DNA of 63,322 bases, the filler included, from Octopus bimaculoides (lineage: Eukaryota), in the NCBI RefSeq assembly GCF_001194135.2. It is 5 parts of 4 records of this genome, joined end to end, with 100 filler letters (N's around TTAATTAATTAA, not from the genome) between each part and the next. Parts side by side here need not be neighbours in the genome. Positions count along the whole stretch, not along the records: positions 23,868 to 42,475 come from NC_068983.1; 4 more parts are not named here. One strand, given 5' to 3'. This document shows positions 24,682-37,000 of the stretch, piece after piece; position 1 is the first letter of the stretch, and every line of letters begins with the position of its first letter. The position numbers and the translations under genes were made by a program. Under the pieces are notes generated by a model. That model saw only the letters and a list, made by a program, of their open reading frames with translations, was not told where the DNA came from and did not search any database.

Positions 24682-24716
<35 letters not shown>

Positions 24717-24727
24717 AAATAATAAAA

Positions 24728-25024
24728 CGAAAAAACGAGAAAGCAACCATACTCTGGGATATGCCAATACACACAGATAGAGAAATTAAGGCAAATAGAC
24801 CAGATATAGTTGTCAAAGATCATGAAGGAAAAAAATGCCTTCTAATTGATGTTTCAATACCAGCAGATGACAACGTTTCTCTAAAAGAAATGGAAAAACT
24901 TTCAAAATACAAAGACCTGGAAATAGAGATAACTCGAATGTGGAATCTAAAAACAGAAACAATTCCTATCATAGTAGGTGCCTTAGGTATAATAAAAAAA
25001 TATTCAGACAAATACATAACAAAA
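24728..25024 (+). mobile_element. R4/Dong-like non-LTR retrotransposon fragment, restriction-like endonuclease domain
   Basis: ILWDMPIHTDREIKANRPDIVVKD...LIDVSIP...KEMEKLSKYKDLEIEITRMW...IPIIVGALG is the PD-(D/E)xK RLE C-terminal pattern; uninterrupted frame; 5' junction lies in (AAT)n. Confidence 0.88.
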
Positions 25025-25374
25025 NNNNNNNNNNNNNNNNNNNNNNNNNNNNNNNNNNNNNNNNNNNNNNNNNNNNNNNNNNNNNNNNNNNNNNNNNNNN
25101 NNNNNNNNNNNNNNNNNNNNNNNNNNNNNNNNNNNNNNNNNNNNNNNNNNNNNNNNNNNNNNNNNNNNNNNNNNNNNNNNNNNNNNNNNNNNNNNNNNNN
25201 NNNNNNNNNNNNNNNNNNNNNNNNNNNNNNNNNNNNNNNNNNNNNNNNNNNNNNNNNNNNNNNNNNNNNNNNNNNNNNNNNNNNNNNNNNNNNNNNNNNN
25301 NNNNNNNNNNNNNNNNNNNNNNNNNNNNNNNNNNNNNNNNNNNNNNNNNNNNNNNNNNNAAATATTCTGCTTAA

Positions 25375-25814
25375 TACCACATACCACAGATTTGCTTGTC
25401 AGTTGTTTGACCTTAACCAGTTGAGCATGTCCCTTGGTGGCTGACGATATGTGCCTCTCTGATCACGAGCGGAAGTAGTTGGGGAGCGTCATAGCCATGT
25501 GTTGAGAGAAATTCTTTGGGGTTTGAATAATTCACCTTTGGAAACATGGGTGTTTTGCTCAACATCCTTAAACAAACCTTATTCAGGGACCTTTTGAGCG
25601 GGATGGGCTACTTGACCTGAAGAAAATTCTAACTGGGCCCCACCTGCGAGGTCATGTGCTGTTTATATTGATATGAGATCACCATTTCGAGCACAAATGG
25701 TTGTGATGCATGTGCCTGGTGTAGCCTTATCAGACAGGTAGTCATGATGGGTATACTGGGCTTCATATATTTTACCCCAGTGTTACCTTGATGACATGCA
25801 CTGCTCTTTCACTC

Positions 25815-25815
<1 letters not shown>
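25375..25815. mobile_element. Repeat family F terminating in (AAT)n
   Basis: Clearly similar second copy at 62905-63188 ends at the same CACTC|AATA junction. Confidence 0.75.
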
Positions 25816-25874
<59 letters not shown>

Positions 25875-25943
25875 AAGAAGAAGAAGAAGAAGAAGAAGAA
25901 GAAGAAGAACAACAACAGCAACAACAACAACAACAACAGCAAC

Positions 25944-25996
<53 letters not shown>

Positions 25997-26030
25997 TAAT
26001 AATAATAATAATAACAACAATTATAATAAT
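25816..26030. repeat. Compound (AAT)n-(AAG)n-(AAC)n-(AAT)n microsatellite
   Basis: Direct reading. Confidence 0.95.
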
Positions 26031-26515
26031 CCTTTCTACTAATGGCACAAGGCCTGAAATTAGGCGGGAGGGGATGAGTTGATTACATCCACCCCAGTGT
26101 GTTACTGGTACTTAATTTATTGACCCTGAAAGAATGAACTGCAAAGTCACCCTCAGCAGAGTTTGAACTCAGAATGTAGCAATGGGCAAGATTTCACTAA
26201 CGATTTCGTCCAGCATGCTAACGATTCTGCCAGCTCACCACCTTTAATGATAATAATAATACTAATACTACTACTACTAATAATAATAATAATGATAATA
26301 ATCCTTTCCACTATAGGCACAAGGCCTGAAATTTGGTTGAGATGACTAGTTCATTACATCGACCCTAGTATTTTCACTGGTACTTAATGCATCAACCCCG
26401 AATGGATGTAAGGCAAAGTCGACCTTGGTAGAATTTGAACTCAGAACATAGTGACAGGTGAAATACCACTAAGCATTTCTCCCAGCATGCTAACGATTCT
26501 TCCAGCTTGCTACCT
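26030..26515 (-). mobile_element. Two tandem SINE family A copies (about 26030-26245 and 26300-26515)
   Basis: Reverse complements match family A; separated by AAT/ACT repeats. Confidence 0.85.
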
Positions 26516-26534
26516 TGCATAACTCTTTTACTCT

Positions 26535-26940
26535 TTACTCTTTTACTTGTTTCAGTCATTTGACTGCGGCCATGCTGGAGCACCGCCTTTAGTCGAGCAA
26601 ATCGACCTCAGGACTTATTCTTTGTAAGCCTAGTACTTATTCTATCGGTCTCTTTTGCCGAACCGCTAAGTTACGGGGACATAAACACACATGCATCAGT
26701 TGTCAAGTGATGTTGGGGGAACAAACACAGACACACAAACATACATACACACATGCATCTATATATATACATATATACGACGGGTTTCTTTCAGTTTTTG
26801 TCTACCAAATCCACTCACAAGGCTTTTGGTCGGCCTGAGGCTATAGTAGAAGACACTTGCCCAAGGTGCCACACAGTGGGACTGAACCTGGAACCAAGTG
26901 GTTGGTAAACAAGCTACTTAACACACAGCCACTCCTGCAT
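26535..26940 (-). mobile_element. SINE family B, full length
   Basis: Reverse complement matches family B from head to the (AAGAGTA)n tail. Confidence 0.9.
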
Positions 26941-27064
26941 CTATGTAACAGTAATAGTAATAGTAATAATAATAATAATAATTATAATCACCATCATAGA
27001 AGCAGCATCATTTATTTCCAGCCTTATGTGATAACATGTAATGGCTATGAGGAAATATTAGCTT

Positions 27065-27180
27065 GACTGGAGACAGTTAAGGGTTGGCAACAGGAAGTGC
27101 ATCCAGCCATAGGAAAATCTACCTCAAAAGATTCCATCTGACCTATGCTTGCATGGAAAAGTGGACATTAAAATGATGCA
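27065..27180 (+). mobile_element. RTE-type 3' tail fragment (family E)
   Basis: GGAAGTGCATCCAGCC...GCATGGAAAAGTGGACATTAAAATGATG. Confidence 0.6.
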
Positions 27181-28341
27181 AAGGAAACAAAAAAGAAGCC
27201 TTTCTGATGACTCAATGAGAATCTTCATAATGATGACAATGGCACATACATATGCTTTTGCAACAATGTCAAAATATAATCAAGTAGTTCAACTCAATAT
27301 GGCTTTATCTGGCCACAAGAAGCTAATTAGGGGTCTATTGTTTATTGATGACACTGTTGATGTAGTGTATGGGAAATTATCAATACAACTAATATGAAAC
27401 AACGGTGGAGGTTAGAATCATACAATAGAAATTTATATCAGAGTTCAAACTAAGAAGAAGACAATCATACATCAGTGAAAATACAGATTCTAAAATCAAT
27501 ATTAAACAATACTCAGGGAGAATTTTCATTTAAAAATTTATGATAATGCACTTAAATCAACTCACAGACATTCAAACACTACATGTTACATGCAGTCATT
27601 GTATAACAACCTTATTTCCTCTCTAATAAAAAAAAAAATGAAATGTGAAAGCGAAAGTAAAAAAGAAAATGGCTGACTTTGATGATGAGAAATGTTAATT
27701 TTAACTGATTTAAGTGTAGCATTTAAAATTTCTTTATGATATCCTTTGGTTAATAATGATCAATGTTGATTTCAGAACATTGTTATTGTTGTGGTATATA
27801 AATTTTTATTATTTTTTTTTTTGTCTTTTTACTTAATCAAAAACGCAACTTTTGTTGTGTGGTTGCGATATAAACCTGTTGGTAAATCTACAGTACAAAA
27901 AAATTCCACAACCTCTACCACTACTGCTGCCACCACTACCACCACCATCACCATCAATACCACTGCCACCACCACCATCATCACCACTATCATCATCATT
28001 ATCATCATCATTATCATCATCACCATCACCATCAACCACCACCTTCATTACTGTCATTTTAACATCTACTTTTCCATGCTCGCATGGTTCAGAGAAATGT
28101 GCATTAAGGTAGAGTTTTCTGTAGCTGGGTGCTCTTCCTGTCACTAATCCCTACTAGTTTGTAAGTGAGGTAGTAATCTCCCAGTCTTTTGCACAACAAA
28201 GTACACAGACATGTTTAAACTGAAAACTGAAAAAAAATGGCAGGGTTGAAAGAACCTTTTGTTCACCAGCATCAAACACACCTGAATTTCAAGCATATAC
28301 TAACTCCCAGACACACAAACACACACACAATCTCTCTTGCG

Positions 28342-28383
<42 letters not shown>

Positions 28384-28484
28384 CCTTATGCACCTTCTCA
28401 CTTCATATACACAGACATACAGAGATACATATGAAGAATACACAACCATAGTTACACAAAGATCACACACCTCATATGTAGGTG

Positions 28485-28640
28485 CGGGCATGGTTGTGTG
28501 GTTAGGAAGGTTGCTTCCCAGCTACATGGTTTCGGGTTCAGTCCCACCGTGTGGCACCTTGGGCAAGTGTCTTCTGCTACGTCCCCAGGCCGACTGAAGC
28601 TTTGTGATTGAATTTGGTAGACGGAAGTTACTGCCACGTG
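28485..28640 (+). mobile_element. SINE family B, 5' half
   Basis: Matches the family B head. Confidence 0.8.
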
Positions 28641-29560
28641 TGTATATGTATGTGTATGTGCTTATGCCTCTCCAAGAGAGAGAGAGAGTGGGATATATAT
28701 ATATATATATATATGTCTGTCTGTCTGTATGTATACTCTCATGCATACGCACATATCGACTCACACACACACACAAATAGACTAAAATTACAGTAATTTA
28801 GGACAGTTATAATTGCCTCTCCTAAAAAAAGTCTTACATCTTTTGGAATACACCCCATACACTTAGATATGTATGTGTGTGTGGTGGGCATTTTACAGAT
28901 TCAGTCAACCAAATCCATTTTCAAGGCTTTGGCTAACCCAGGGCTGTAGTAAAAGACACTAATCCAAAATACCTCCTCAATAAGATTTCTCCTAGCCAGT
29001 ACACTAGGCTTCTTGCTCTTTAATTTTACACCAAATCATCCCTGTAGTGGACATCATCATCATTTAACGTCCATTTTCCATGCTGGCATGGTTCGGTCTA
29101 ACATCTATGTTATGTTCTTCAAGATAAGATATTCTGCTGAGTAAACATATATGGAATGGAGAAATTTCACCTGCTAAGGATGATATTACAAAGAGAAATA
29201 ATGAATCACCTAACAAACAAGACTAGATGTTCAAATCAAAAATGGTACAAAGATCTTTTAAAGATATTCCTTACTGTATCTCGTAACTACTATCTTGTAA
29301 TCTAAAGAAACAATTCATCAAAGAGACTGTTTCTTCAACTACCCAATTCCGCCCATCACATTCTTTACTCAATGTTTATCTGTGATTACAAAGATCCCTC
29401 TTGTCACTCTCATAAACTGTACGCTAGTCATCTGCACACATGCAGCAGATACCAGCATCTCTCCATTGTTGAATCACCTTGTTGAATCATAATTTGTCTA
29501 CCTCAAATCATATATGTTTATGTGTGTGTTGTGTGTGTGTGCGTGTGTACATATATACAT

Positions 29561-29619
<59 letters not shown>

Positions 29620-29807
29620 GTAGATAGATGGATGGATAGATAGATAGATGGATAGATAGATAGACAGACAGGTATCAAATAAATGAGTGGGAATTGAACC
29701 GGTGAGTGTAAGGTAGTATGACTTACCCCAGACATAACAAAAGATATTGAAATAGATACACACACACATCCACCTCCAATTGCCATGTTCCTGTATAGAT
29801 AGATAGA

Positions 29808-29841
<34 letters not shown>

Positions 29842-29845
29842 CAAT

Positions 29846-29966
29846 CTTTTCTATTATAATCACAAGGCCTGAAATTTGCGGAATTTGAACTCAGAATGCA
29901 GCGGCAGATGAAATACCGCTAAACATTTCGCCCGGCATGCTAACGTTTCTGCCTGCTCGTCGCCTT
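29846..29966 (-). mobile_element. SINE family A with internal deletion
   Basis: Tail joined directly to head at GAAATTTG/GGAATTTG microhomology. Confidence 0.75.
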
Positions 29967-31264
29967 CATACATACATATAATGCTTTGTTAAAATTAAAG
30001 AAAGATTACAGAAAACCAATGAATTATTATATAGGGGAGGTAACTGACGTAAGTTACCATTTTGCTCAGAAAACGTTTAGTCATTTATCTTTAGGACAAT
30101 CTATATTGAGTGTATCCATGGTCACAGACATTCCAGTCGTGACTATTTTGTCTTATTGTATCTGTAAGAATACACTATCCATCGTATTCTTCCTTCTTTA
30201 CGACCCTAGAGTGTGAATTGAGGGAGATTTGGGAGTTGTTTCTATGCAGGTCGTACAACAGAGATTCTCTCTTGTTCGCTCTAGAAACGTTGAGTTATAG
30301 TAGACAGGGAGATTAAGTGTCTGCCTCTCAGATTATAGCTTGTTTACTAGTTATTATCCTTTCAAACTCAATACCCTGTACCATCTCTCTATCTGTCTGG
30401 CTAACATGAAGTTAGATATCGATGGAGAAGGTAAACGATCTATGCTGTAGTCTCAAATACGGGAAATTAATCACAATTAAATGCGTTTGTTTTTTTATCT
30501 ACAGGAAAAAAGGACTACCATCAAATCATAAATAATACCTAACAACCAGTTAAATGAGAAGTCACAGGATTTCCAGGGAATAAATTCTCGTTTTTATTCC
30601 CATTTTGTATTGTAATACATTGGCTCCGAGAACCTAATGGACTATTTGTCATTTAATGCTTACAACAGTGAACCTTACACTCACTCGAAGAATCCTTTGC
30701 ATCAAACATCCGCAATATTTTTCAAGAAACGAGCCTTCAGGAGGAATGGTTTGTCAACAGGCGCGCCGCACTATAAACAAAATCAAAAGTAATTTTTCGT
30801 TAGGCATGCCATTCAGAAGGTCCCGCGTGTCACAGGTTGCCCGTGACTGCTATATGCAAACAAATTATCTGCTTGAAATAGCTGCTAAATCTCCCTCAAA
30901 ATCACTCACTATTGTCGTTGTTTAGCTCTTGGTTGATGGAAATTAACTGAAAGCCCGAACGCGCGTGCGCGTGTGTTGGCGCTTGTGACTGCCCCTACCC
31001 CACCAACTGACAACCAGTTTTGGTTTGTTTACATCCCCATAGCTTAGAGGTTTGACAAAAGATATATCTAGGGTCGATTTGTTTATCTAAACCCTTCAAG
31101 GCCCAAAACATGGTAAAAGATAATATGTATTCATTATAAACATGAGACCACAAGTTTGAGGAGAGGAAACAGTCACTTATACTACCCTTAGTATGTGACT
31201 GGTACTTTAGTCTATGTCTTTTGCAGGGAGTTGGAGGGGAGGAAGGGGAAGGACTTCCTAGAAA

Positions 31265-31732
31265 AGTCCGAGGAGGGGTTGGTGTTAGGAAGTGCATCCA
31301 GTCGTAGACACTTTGCCAGATCAGATTGGAGCCTGGCACAGTCTCCCAGCTTGCTAGTCCTCAGTTAAACCATCCAACCCATGCCAGCATGAAAGGAGAC
31401 GTTAAAACGATGATGATGATGATATATGTATGTATGTATGTATGCATGTATTTGTGTATCTGTGTTTGTCTCCCCACCATCACTTGGCAACCGATAGAAT
31501 AAGTAGTAGGCTTACAAAGAATAAGTCCTGGGGTCAATTTGTTCGGCTAAAGGTGGTGCTCCAGCATGGCCACAGTCAAATGACTGGCGTTAGGAAGGGC
31601 ATCCAGCTGTAGAAACTCTGCCAAATTAGACTGGAGCCTGGTGTTGCCATCCGGTTTCACCAGTCCTCAGTCAAATCGTCCAACCCATGCTAGCATGGAA
31701 AGCGGACGTTAAACGATGATGATGATGATGAT

Positions 31733-31733
<1 letters not shown>
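31265..31733 (+). mobile_element. Family E (RTE-type tail, (GAT)n), then SINE B 3' half, then a second family E tail
   Basis: AGGAAGGGCATCCAG...CAACCCATGCTAGCATGG...GTTAAACGATGATGAT occurs twice, flanking the B 3' segment. Confidence 0.75.
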
Positions 31734-31777
<44 letters not shown>

Positions 31778-31781
31778 GATG

Positions 31782-32379
31782 GGTTATTACCCAGAAACTC
31801 AGGTCCGTGTGTATCACGTCAGGCTGGAGATGGGAATTATGATTTTTTCCTTTGCAAATACTGATAGGGCACAGACAGTGTGTCAATAGCCAGCTGGAGG
31901 AGATGTCTTCCTGGGGCTATAAACTACAGTAGCCTCATCCCTTATGGGCCAGCCACATTTAGGTGGAAAATATACTTCACAATGTCAGGTTATTATTGTT
32001 TATATCTCGCTCAGAGATTTATTATTGTTTGTTTCTCCTTTTTCGAGATCAGTGACTTTTCATCACAGGAAAAAGTATATGTAATTGCATTGAGAATCAC
32101 TTCTCATCCCCAGCCAGTGGTTGTCAAATGCTGATGGCAGGTTATTACCCAGGAACTCGGGTCTATGTGTATCATGTCAGGAGATAGGAATGATGATTTC
32201 CCTTTGCAAATACTGATAGGGCACAGACAGTGTGTCAATAGCCAGCTGGAGGAGATGTCTTCCTGGGGCTATAAACTACAGTAGCATCGTCCCTTATGGG
32301 TCAGCCACATTTAGGTGGAAAATATACTTCAAGATGTCATGATGCTACTGTTTATATCTTGCTCAGAGATTTATTATTG
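31782..32379. repeat. Direct duplication of a ~245-bp unit (31782-32027 and 32140-32379) around a ~110-bp spacer
   Basis: Shared CCTTTGCAAATACTGATAGGGCACAGACAG...AGAGATTTATTATTG; both outer ends abut (TA)n. Confidence 0.9.
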
Positions 32380-33009
32380 CTTCTATATATATATATATAT
32401 ATATATACTGAAAACATATCATCTTAAAACAGTTGAAGGTTTCATCAGTAACACAAATGACAAACATTTCTCTTTCATATATTGGAGTCTGGAGCAGCTC
32501 CCCAGCTTGCCAGCTTCTGTCAAACTGTCAGTATGGAAGACAGACATTAACTGATGATGATGATGATACCATGAGAGAACTTGTAAAAAAACTTTTTCTT
32601 ATTTTTTAAAAAAATTATCGTATCTAATTGTCAATATAACTTATTGCTTTGAAACCTATTGAACTCTCAATCATGCATTATTGTTATGAAATTTATTGAA
32701 CATTTTGAACTTTCCTCATTTTCTATTGCTGTTAAATTTATTGAACACTTGAATTTTTCCTGAACTTTTGATTTTTTAAGCATGTTTTATTGCTATGAAA
32801 TTTTCTCCTGTGCATTCACTTTTTTAAAACTTTTATGCTATTTTATATTTACCAGTAAAAAACAAAATATAAAAGAACGTTGAAACCGGTATGGTATTCT
32901 AATAAATTTCTTCAAAACTTTTAAAGCCACAATTCATATCAATACCTAAGTACATTTTCAATGCAAAAAAAGATTACCAATTACATTATATTACTGTATA
33001 TATATATAT

Positions 33010-33627
33010 ATGAAGTTTGTGTGCAATTTCAAATATTTGTAGCTTTGTAACTATACATGGCAGAAATAATCTGTAAAAAGGATAGAAAAGAAGTATTTAA
33101 ATTTATTATTGGGATTATAAATTTCACACATCTCCACTAGCATTATGAATACAAATTGTAATATGATTCTGTAGTTCTTGGAAAGCATTTTGCAGTTGGT
33201 TTTCTGTAATACCATCAATAACATCAATTATCCTAGTTTTCAAGACCTCTAAAGATCGAGGTTTAGTTGAATAAACATTACTTTTCACTGTGTGGTGCTT
33301 CTTTATTGTAATGAGTTCTAAACTTTCTTTGGACAGTGACAGTAGATTTTAGCTCAGCCAACCAAAGAATGCAGTTTGCTTTCTCTTTCAGTGAAGCCAT
33401 GGGCCAACAGCAATTCTGTAAAAAAGAAAAAAAAAAGTCATTTTGAAGTTTCAAGAAATGGATAAAGAAATAACAGGTAAAACAAAAAGTAAATAAATTT
33501 TCCAAAGACATGAAATAACTAGACACATCGAGCTTTCTTAGTTTACTTACAGATTCGTTCTATCAAATATACATATAAAGCTATAGGTTTTTTAAATTAC
33601 ACATGGACTTTATAATCACCCTGTGTN
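33010..33627 (-). mobile_element. Internally deleted Tc1/mariner-superfamily (DUF4817-type HTH) transposon
   Basis: N-terminus MASLKEKANCILWLAELKSTVTVQRKFRTHY fused to C-terminus VKSNVYSTKPRSLEVLKTRIIDVID...; end CAGGGTGATTATAAAGT; degenerate inverted copy near 33010-33072. Confidence 0.75.
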
Positions 33628-33726
33628 NNNNNNNNNNNNNNNNNNNNNNNNNNNNNNNNNNNNNNNNNNNNNNNNNNNNNNNNNNNNNNNNNNNNNNNNN
33701 NNNNNNNNNNNNNNNNNNNNNNNNNN

Positions 33727-34205
33727 TGTCCCCTCTATGTTTAGCCCCTTGTGGGCAATGAAGAAATAAGAAACATGAGCATGATGGGTGAAATGCTTAG
33801 CGGTAAATCATTTGTCTTTACGTTCCGTCTTCAAATTCCAACAAGGTTGACTTTGCCTTTTATCCTTTTGGGGTTGATAAATTAAGTACCAGTTGTATAC
33901 TGAGGTCCATTTAATCAACTGGCCCCCTCCCCCAAAATTTCAGGCCTTGTGCCTAGAATAGAAAAGAATGTGTCATTTTTCATAATATTATTGTTTTTGT
34001 TAAGGTGGTGAGCTAGCAAAATCATTAGGACACCTAACAAAATGCTCATCAGCATTTCGTCCATCTGAGTTCAAATTCTGCCGAGGCTGACTTTGCCTTT
34101 CATCCTTTCAGGGTCAATAAAATAAGTACCAGTTGAACACTGGGGTCTATGTAATCAATTTACCCCTTCTCCCAAAATCACTGGCCTTGTGCCAAAATTT
34201 GAAAT
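33727..34205 (+). mobile_element. A' tail plus SINE A (33780-33968) plus SINE A (34002-34205)
   Basis: Match families A' and A. Confidence 0.85.
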
Positions 34206-34703
34206 TTAAATTATTGTTGTAGTTGTTGTTGGTGGTGGTGTTTTACTAAAGAACAACCTTCATTAAACCACCATCACTTCTTTTTTATCTTGACCCTGTC
34301 TTCCTATGACCATATAATCCAATGTCCTACTGCCTTTTCTATCACAGTACTCTATCACAGTATAATTTGAGGAGGAGTTCACTGCTATTTTTATCAGGTT
34401 TAGTTCATAGATCAAGTGTCTGTCATCACGTCAGCCATCTTAGTGATTCTACAACATAACAAGCTATGTAGTACCAAGTGTTGATGAAATTAACTCACCA
34501 GCTGATATCTAATCCACTTCAGTATTTAATCCAATCGACCATAAACTAGCAGCAACACCATCAAACACAATCCTATTAAATTATTCAAATAATAATTCTT
34601 TCAAATGATAAGCAGATGGTGGTGGATTGGCAGAAACATTAATTGCCTTGCAATAAATATTCTGATTCATTACATTCTGGAGTTCAAGTCTTGTTCAGGT
34701 TAG

Positions 34704-34871
34704 CTTTGGGTTGTCTTCAACATTCTCCTTTGCCGTCCTAAATTCAGCTGCTCACTTATGTGCTACTGACAAAACTGGAGCATCATCTCCTAATGTAGCA
34801 CCCATTTCAACATGAAAGTTGTTGGAGACTAAAGACTTTTCCTGCAGGTACTTGCTGACACCACAATGCCA
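34704..34871 (-). pseudogene. Mariner transposase N-terminal HTH fragment
   Basis: WHCGVSKYLQEKSLVSNNFHVEMGATLGDDAPVLSVAHK*AAEFRTAKENVEDNPK resembles the mariner ...GD.AP..S.V.KW..EFK.G..S.ED.PRSGRP region; one stop where W is expected. Confidence 0.75.
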
Positions 34872-35095
34872 AGTACTGTATTTTAATGTGTATAAGGAAC
34901 CCCTTAATTCTCAGGGCTTAAAATTTGGTAAAAAGGGTTTTGTAAGGGATTATAATACAATCCATGCATAAGAAATTCCCATATAAATTTAACCTAATTT
35001 TTGACAAATATGCCATATGCCCACAGGCATATGGCATAGTGATTAAGAGCACGGGCTATTAACCCCAAGATTCCAAGTTCAATTCCAAGCAGTGA

Positions 35096-35141
<46 letters not shown>

Positions 35142-35142
35142 C

Positions 35143-35186
<44 letters not shown>

Positions 35187-35194
35187 AACAACAA

Positions 35195-35370
35195 CATCAA
35201 AAAATACCTTAGGAATGAGAACCCAGTTTCGAAATTTCCCCAAGACACCTGATGAAGGCTGGAGGGTATATCAGCCAAAACATGTTAACAACAAACAAGA
35301 TGAGGACAAATATCTGTTAAATGTAAATAATGTAAATAATGTACATAATTCCTCATCTCTGTATATTATA
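35195..35370 (+). mobile_element. Repeat family P1 (hammerhead-bearing), mutated copy
   Basis: Same element as 42790-42963; GAAAC mutated to AAAAC. Confidence 0.8.
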
Positions 35371-35455
35371 AAAAACAGACACATAATAATAGATAATAAC
35401 TTTATTTATCAAAAAATGCTTGTGAGGATAAAAATAAACCTTCTTTTCTATAATG

Positions 35456-36126
35456 TTATTCAATAAAGCCACCTTCAGCTTCAACAACTGCTTCTATGTG
35501 AGATCTAAATCATCTACATGCTCGAATCAAATGGTCCTGGTTCATTTTGGACATTACTCTGACTATGGCAGCTTTCAAAGAATCTTTGATGTTATGGGCG
35601 TGTTCATTGACCTCTCTCTCAACAATGCTCCACTTGTAATAGTCCAATAGATTGAGATCTGAGGAATTAGGAGGCCAAATGTTAGAGGTTATGTGATCAT
35701 GAAAATTTTCAGCCATCCATTCCTGTGTTATTAGAGCCATGTTTTACAGTGCAGAGTCTTACTGAAACACACAAGGCCTTCCATTGCATACACTGTCTAT
35801 CCAGGACTTAAGAATATTTTCCAGGACCTCAATGTAGGCAGCAGACTTAACTCTAAGGCCTTGNNNNNNNNNNTCCAAGACTTAAGAATATTTTCCAGGA
35901 CCTCAATGTAGGCAGCAGACTTAACTCTAAGGCCTTGTGGAAAGACATAAGGAGGCATCACATGTCCTTCATTGCTGACAACCACTACAACCACGACAGT
36001 TGTAGTAAATTTTGTATGCATAACTCTTAGAACTTCAGAAGGGTCTGCACATAACCATTTATCATTTCTTTTGTTAACTATTTGATCTTGGTTGAAGTTT
36101 TTCTCGTTTGAGAAAAACCAAATCAA
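35456..36126 (-). pseudogene. DD37D (maT-type) Tc1/mariner transposase remnant
   Basis: WFFSNEKNFNQDQ..N.RND.WL, NIWPPNSSDLNLLDYY and IEAVVEAEGGFIE* motifs, with frameshifts. Confidence 0.9.
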
Positions 36127-36574
36127 ATCTTCTTCTGATCTGGGTTTTGTTCCCAGGGGGTGGCCAGATCTACCTTAATGCCATAGCAACCAAGGTAAGC
36201 AGGTGCAGCCCACCCCAACCTTTGGGCTGGTTGGTGCTCATTCTTCTTTGCTATCATGGGGCTTTCTTGGAGTTGAATTTTCTATGGGGAGCATGCCCTT
36301 GCTTACCCCAAACTTCAGTTTCTAGGCATGAGTGATCCCGAGACCAAGGCCTCTACCACAATTTTTAAGAAATGTGGTGGGAAACTAGCACAGAAAGGCA
36401 GGGACGCTACTCCATGAGACTCCTTTCAGAACCCCCCCCCCCTACCTAATGAATAGAAATGATAAGAGAAGCGTGGTGAGAGAACAGATTTCATTTCATT
36501 TGGTTACAGCTGTTTCATAATCCTTTTAGTTATACAATAGATATTACAGAGTTATGAAATAGAAATTATCAGCA

Positions 36575-36734
36575 CAGGCATGGATGAGTGTTAAGAAGCT
36601 TACTTTCGAGCTATGTGGTTCTGGGTTCAGTCCCACTGTGTGGCACCTTGGGTAAGTGTCTTTTACAATAGCCCTAGGGCTGCCTAAGCCTTATGAATGG
36701 ATTTCGGTAGACAGAAACTAGAAGATGCCCATCA

Positions 36735-36771
<37 letters not shown>

Positions 36772-37000
36772 ACGTGCATGTGCACACGCGTGTGTGTGTT
36801 TTGTGTTTGTGTTTGCCCTCCCCCACCACCACCACTTGGCAACCAATGTTTACGCATTTACATCCCTTCAACTTAGTGGTTCAGCAAAAAAGACTGATAA
36901 AATAAGTACCAGGCTTAAAAATAAAGAACTGAGGTTGATTTGCTTGACTTTTTTCAAAGCAGTGCCTCAGTCTAATGAGCTGACAGAAATAAACAAGAGA
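36575..37000 (+). mobile_element. SINE family B
   Basis: Matches family B with internal (TG)n. Confidence 0.85.

Noticed and set aside
29129-29226. Open frame ILLSKHIWNGEISPAKDDITKRNNESPNKQD*
   Set aside because: Weak acceptor, in-frame stop immediately upstream, no homology recognised
30504-30540. Good plus-strand acceptor followed by short frames (KKGLPSNHK* etc.)
   Set aside because: All three frames stop within about 12 codons; cannot distinguish a terminal exon from chance
35801-35940. 63-bp tandem duplication within the transposase across a 10-N gap
   Set aside because: Typical unmerged contig overlap at a minimal gap
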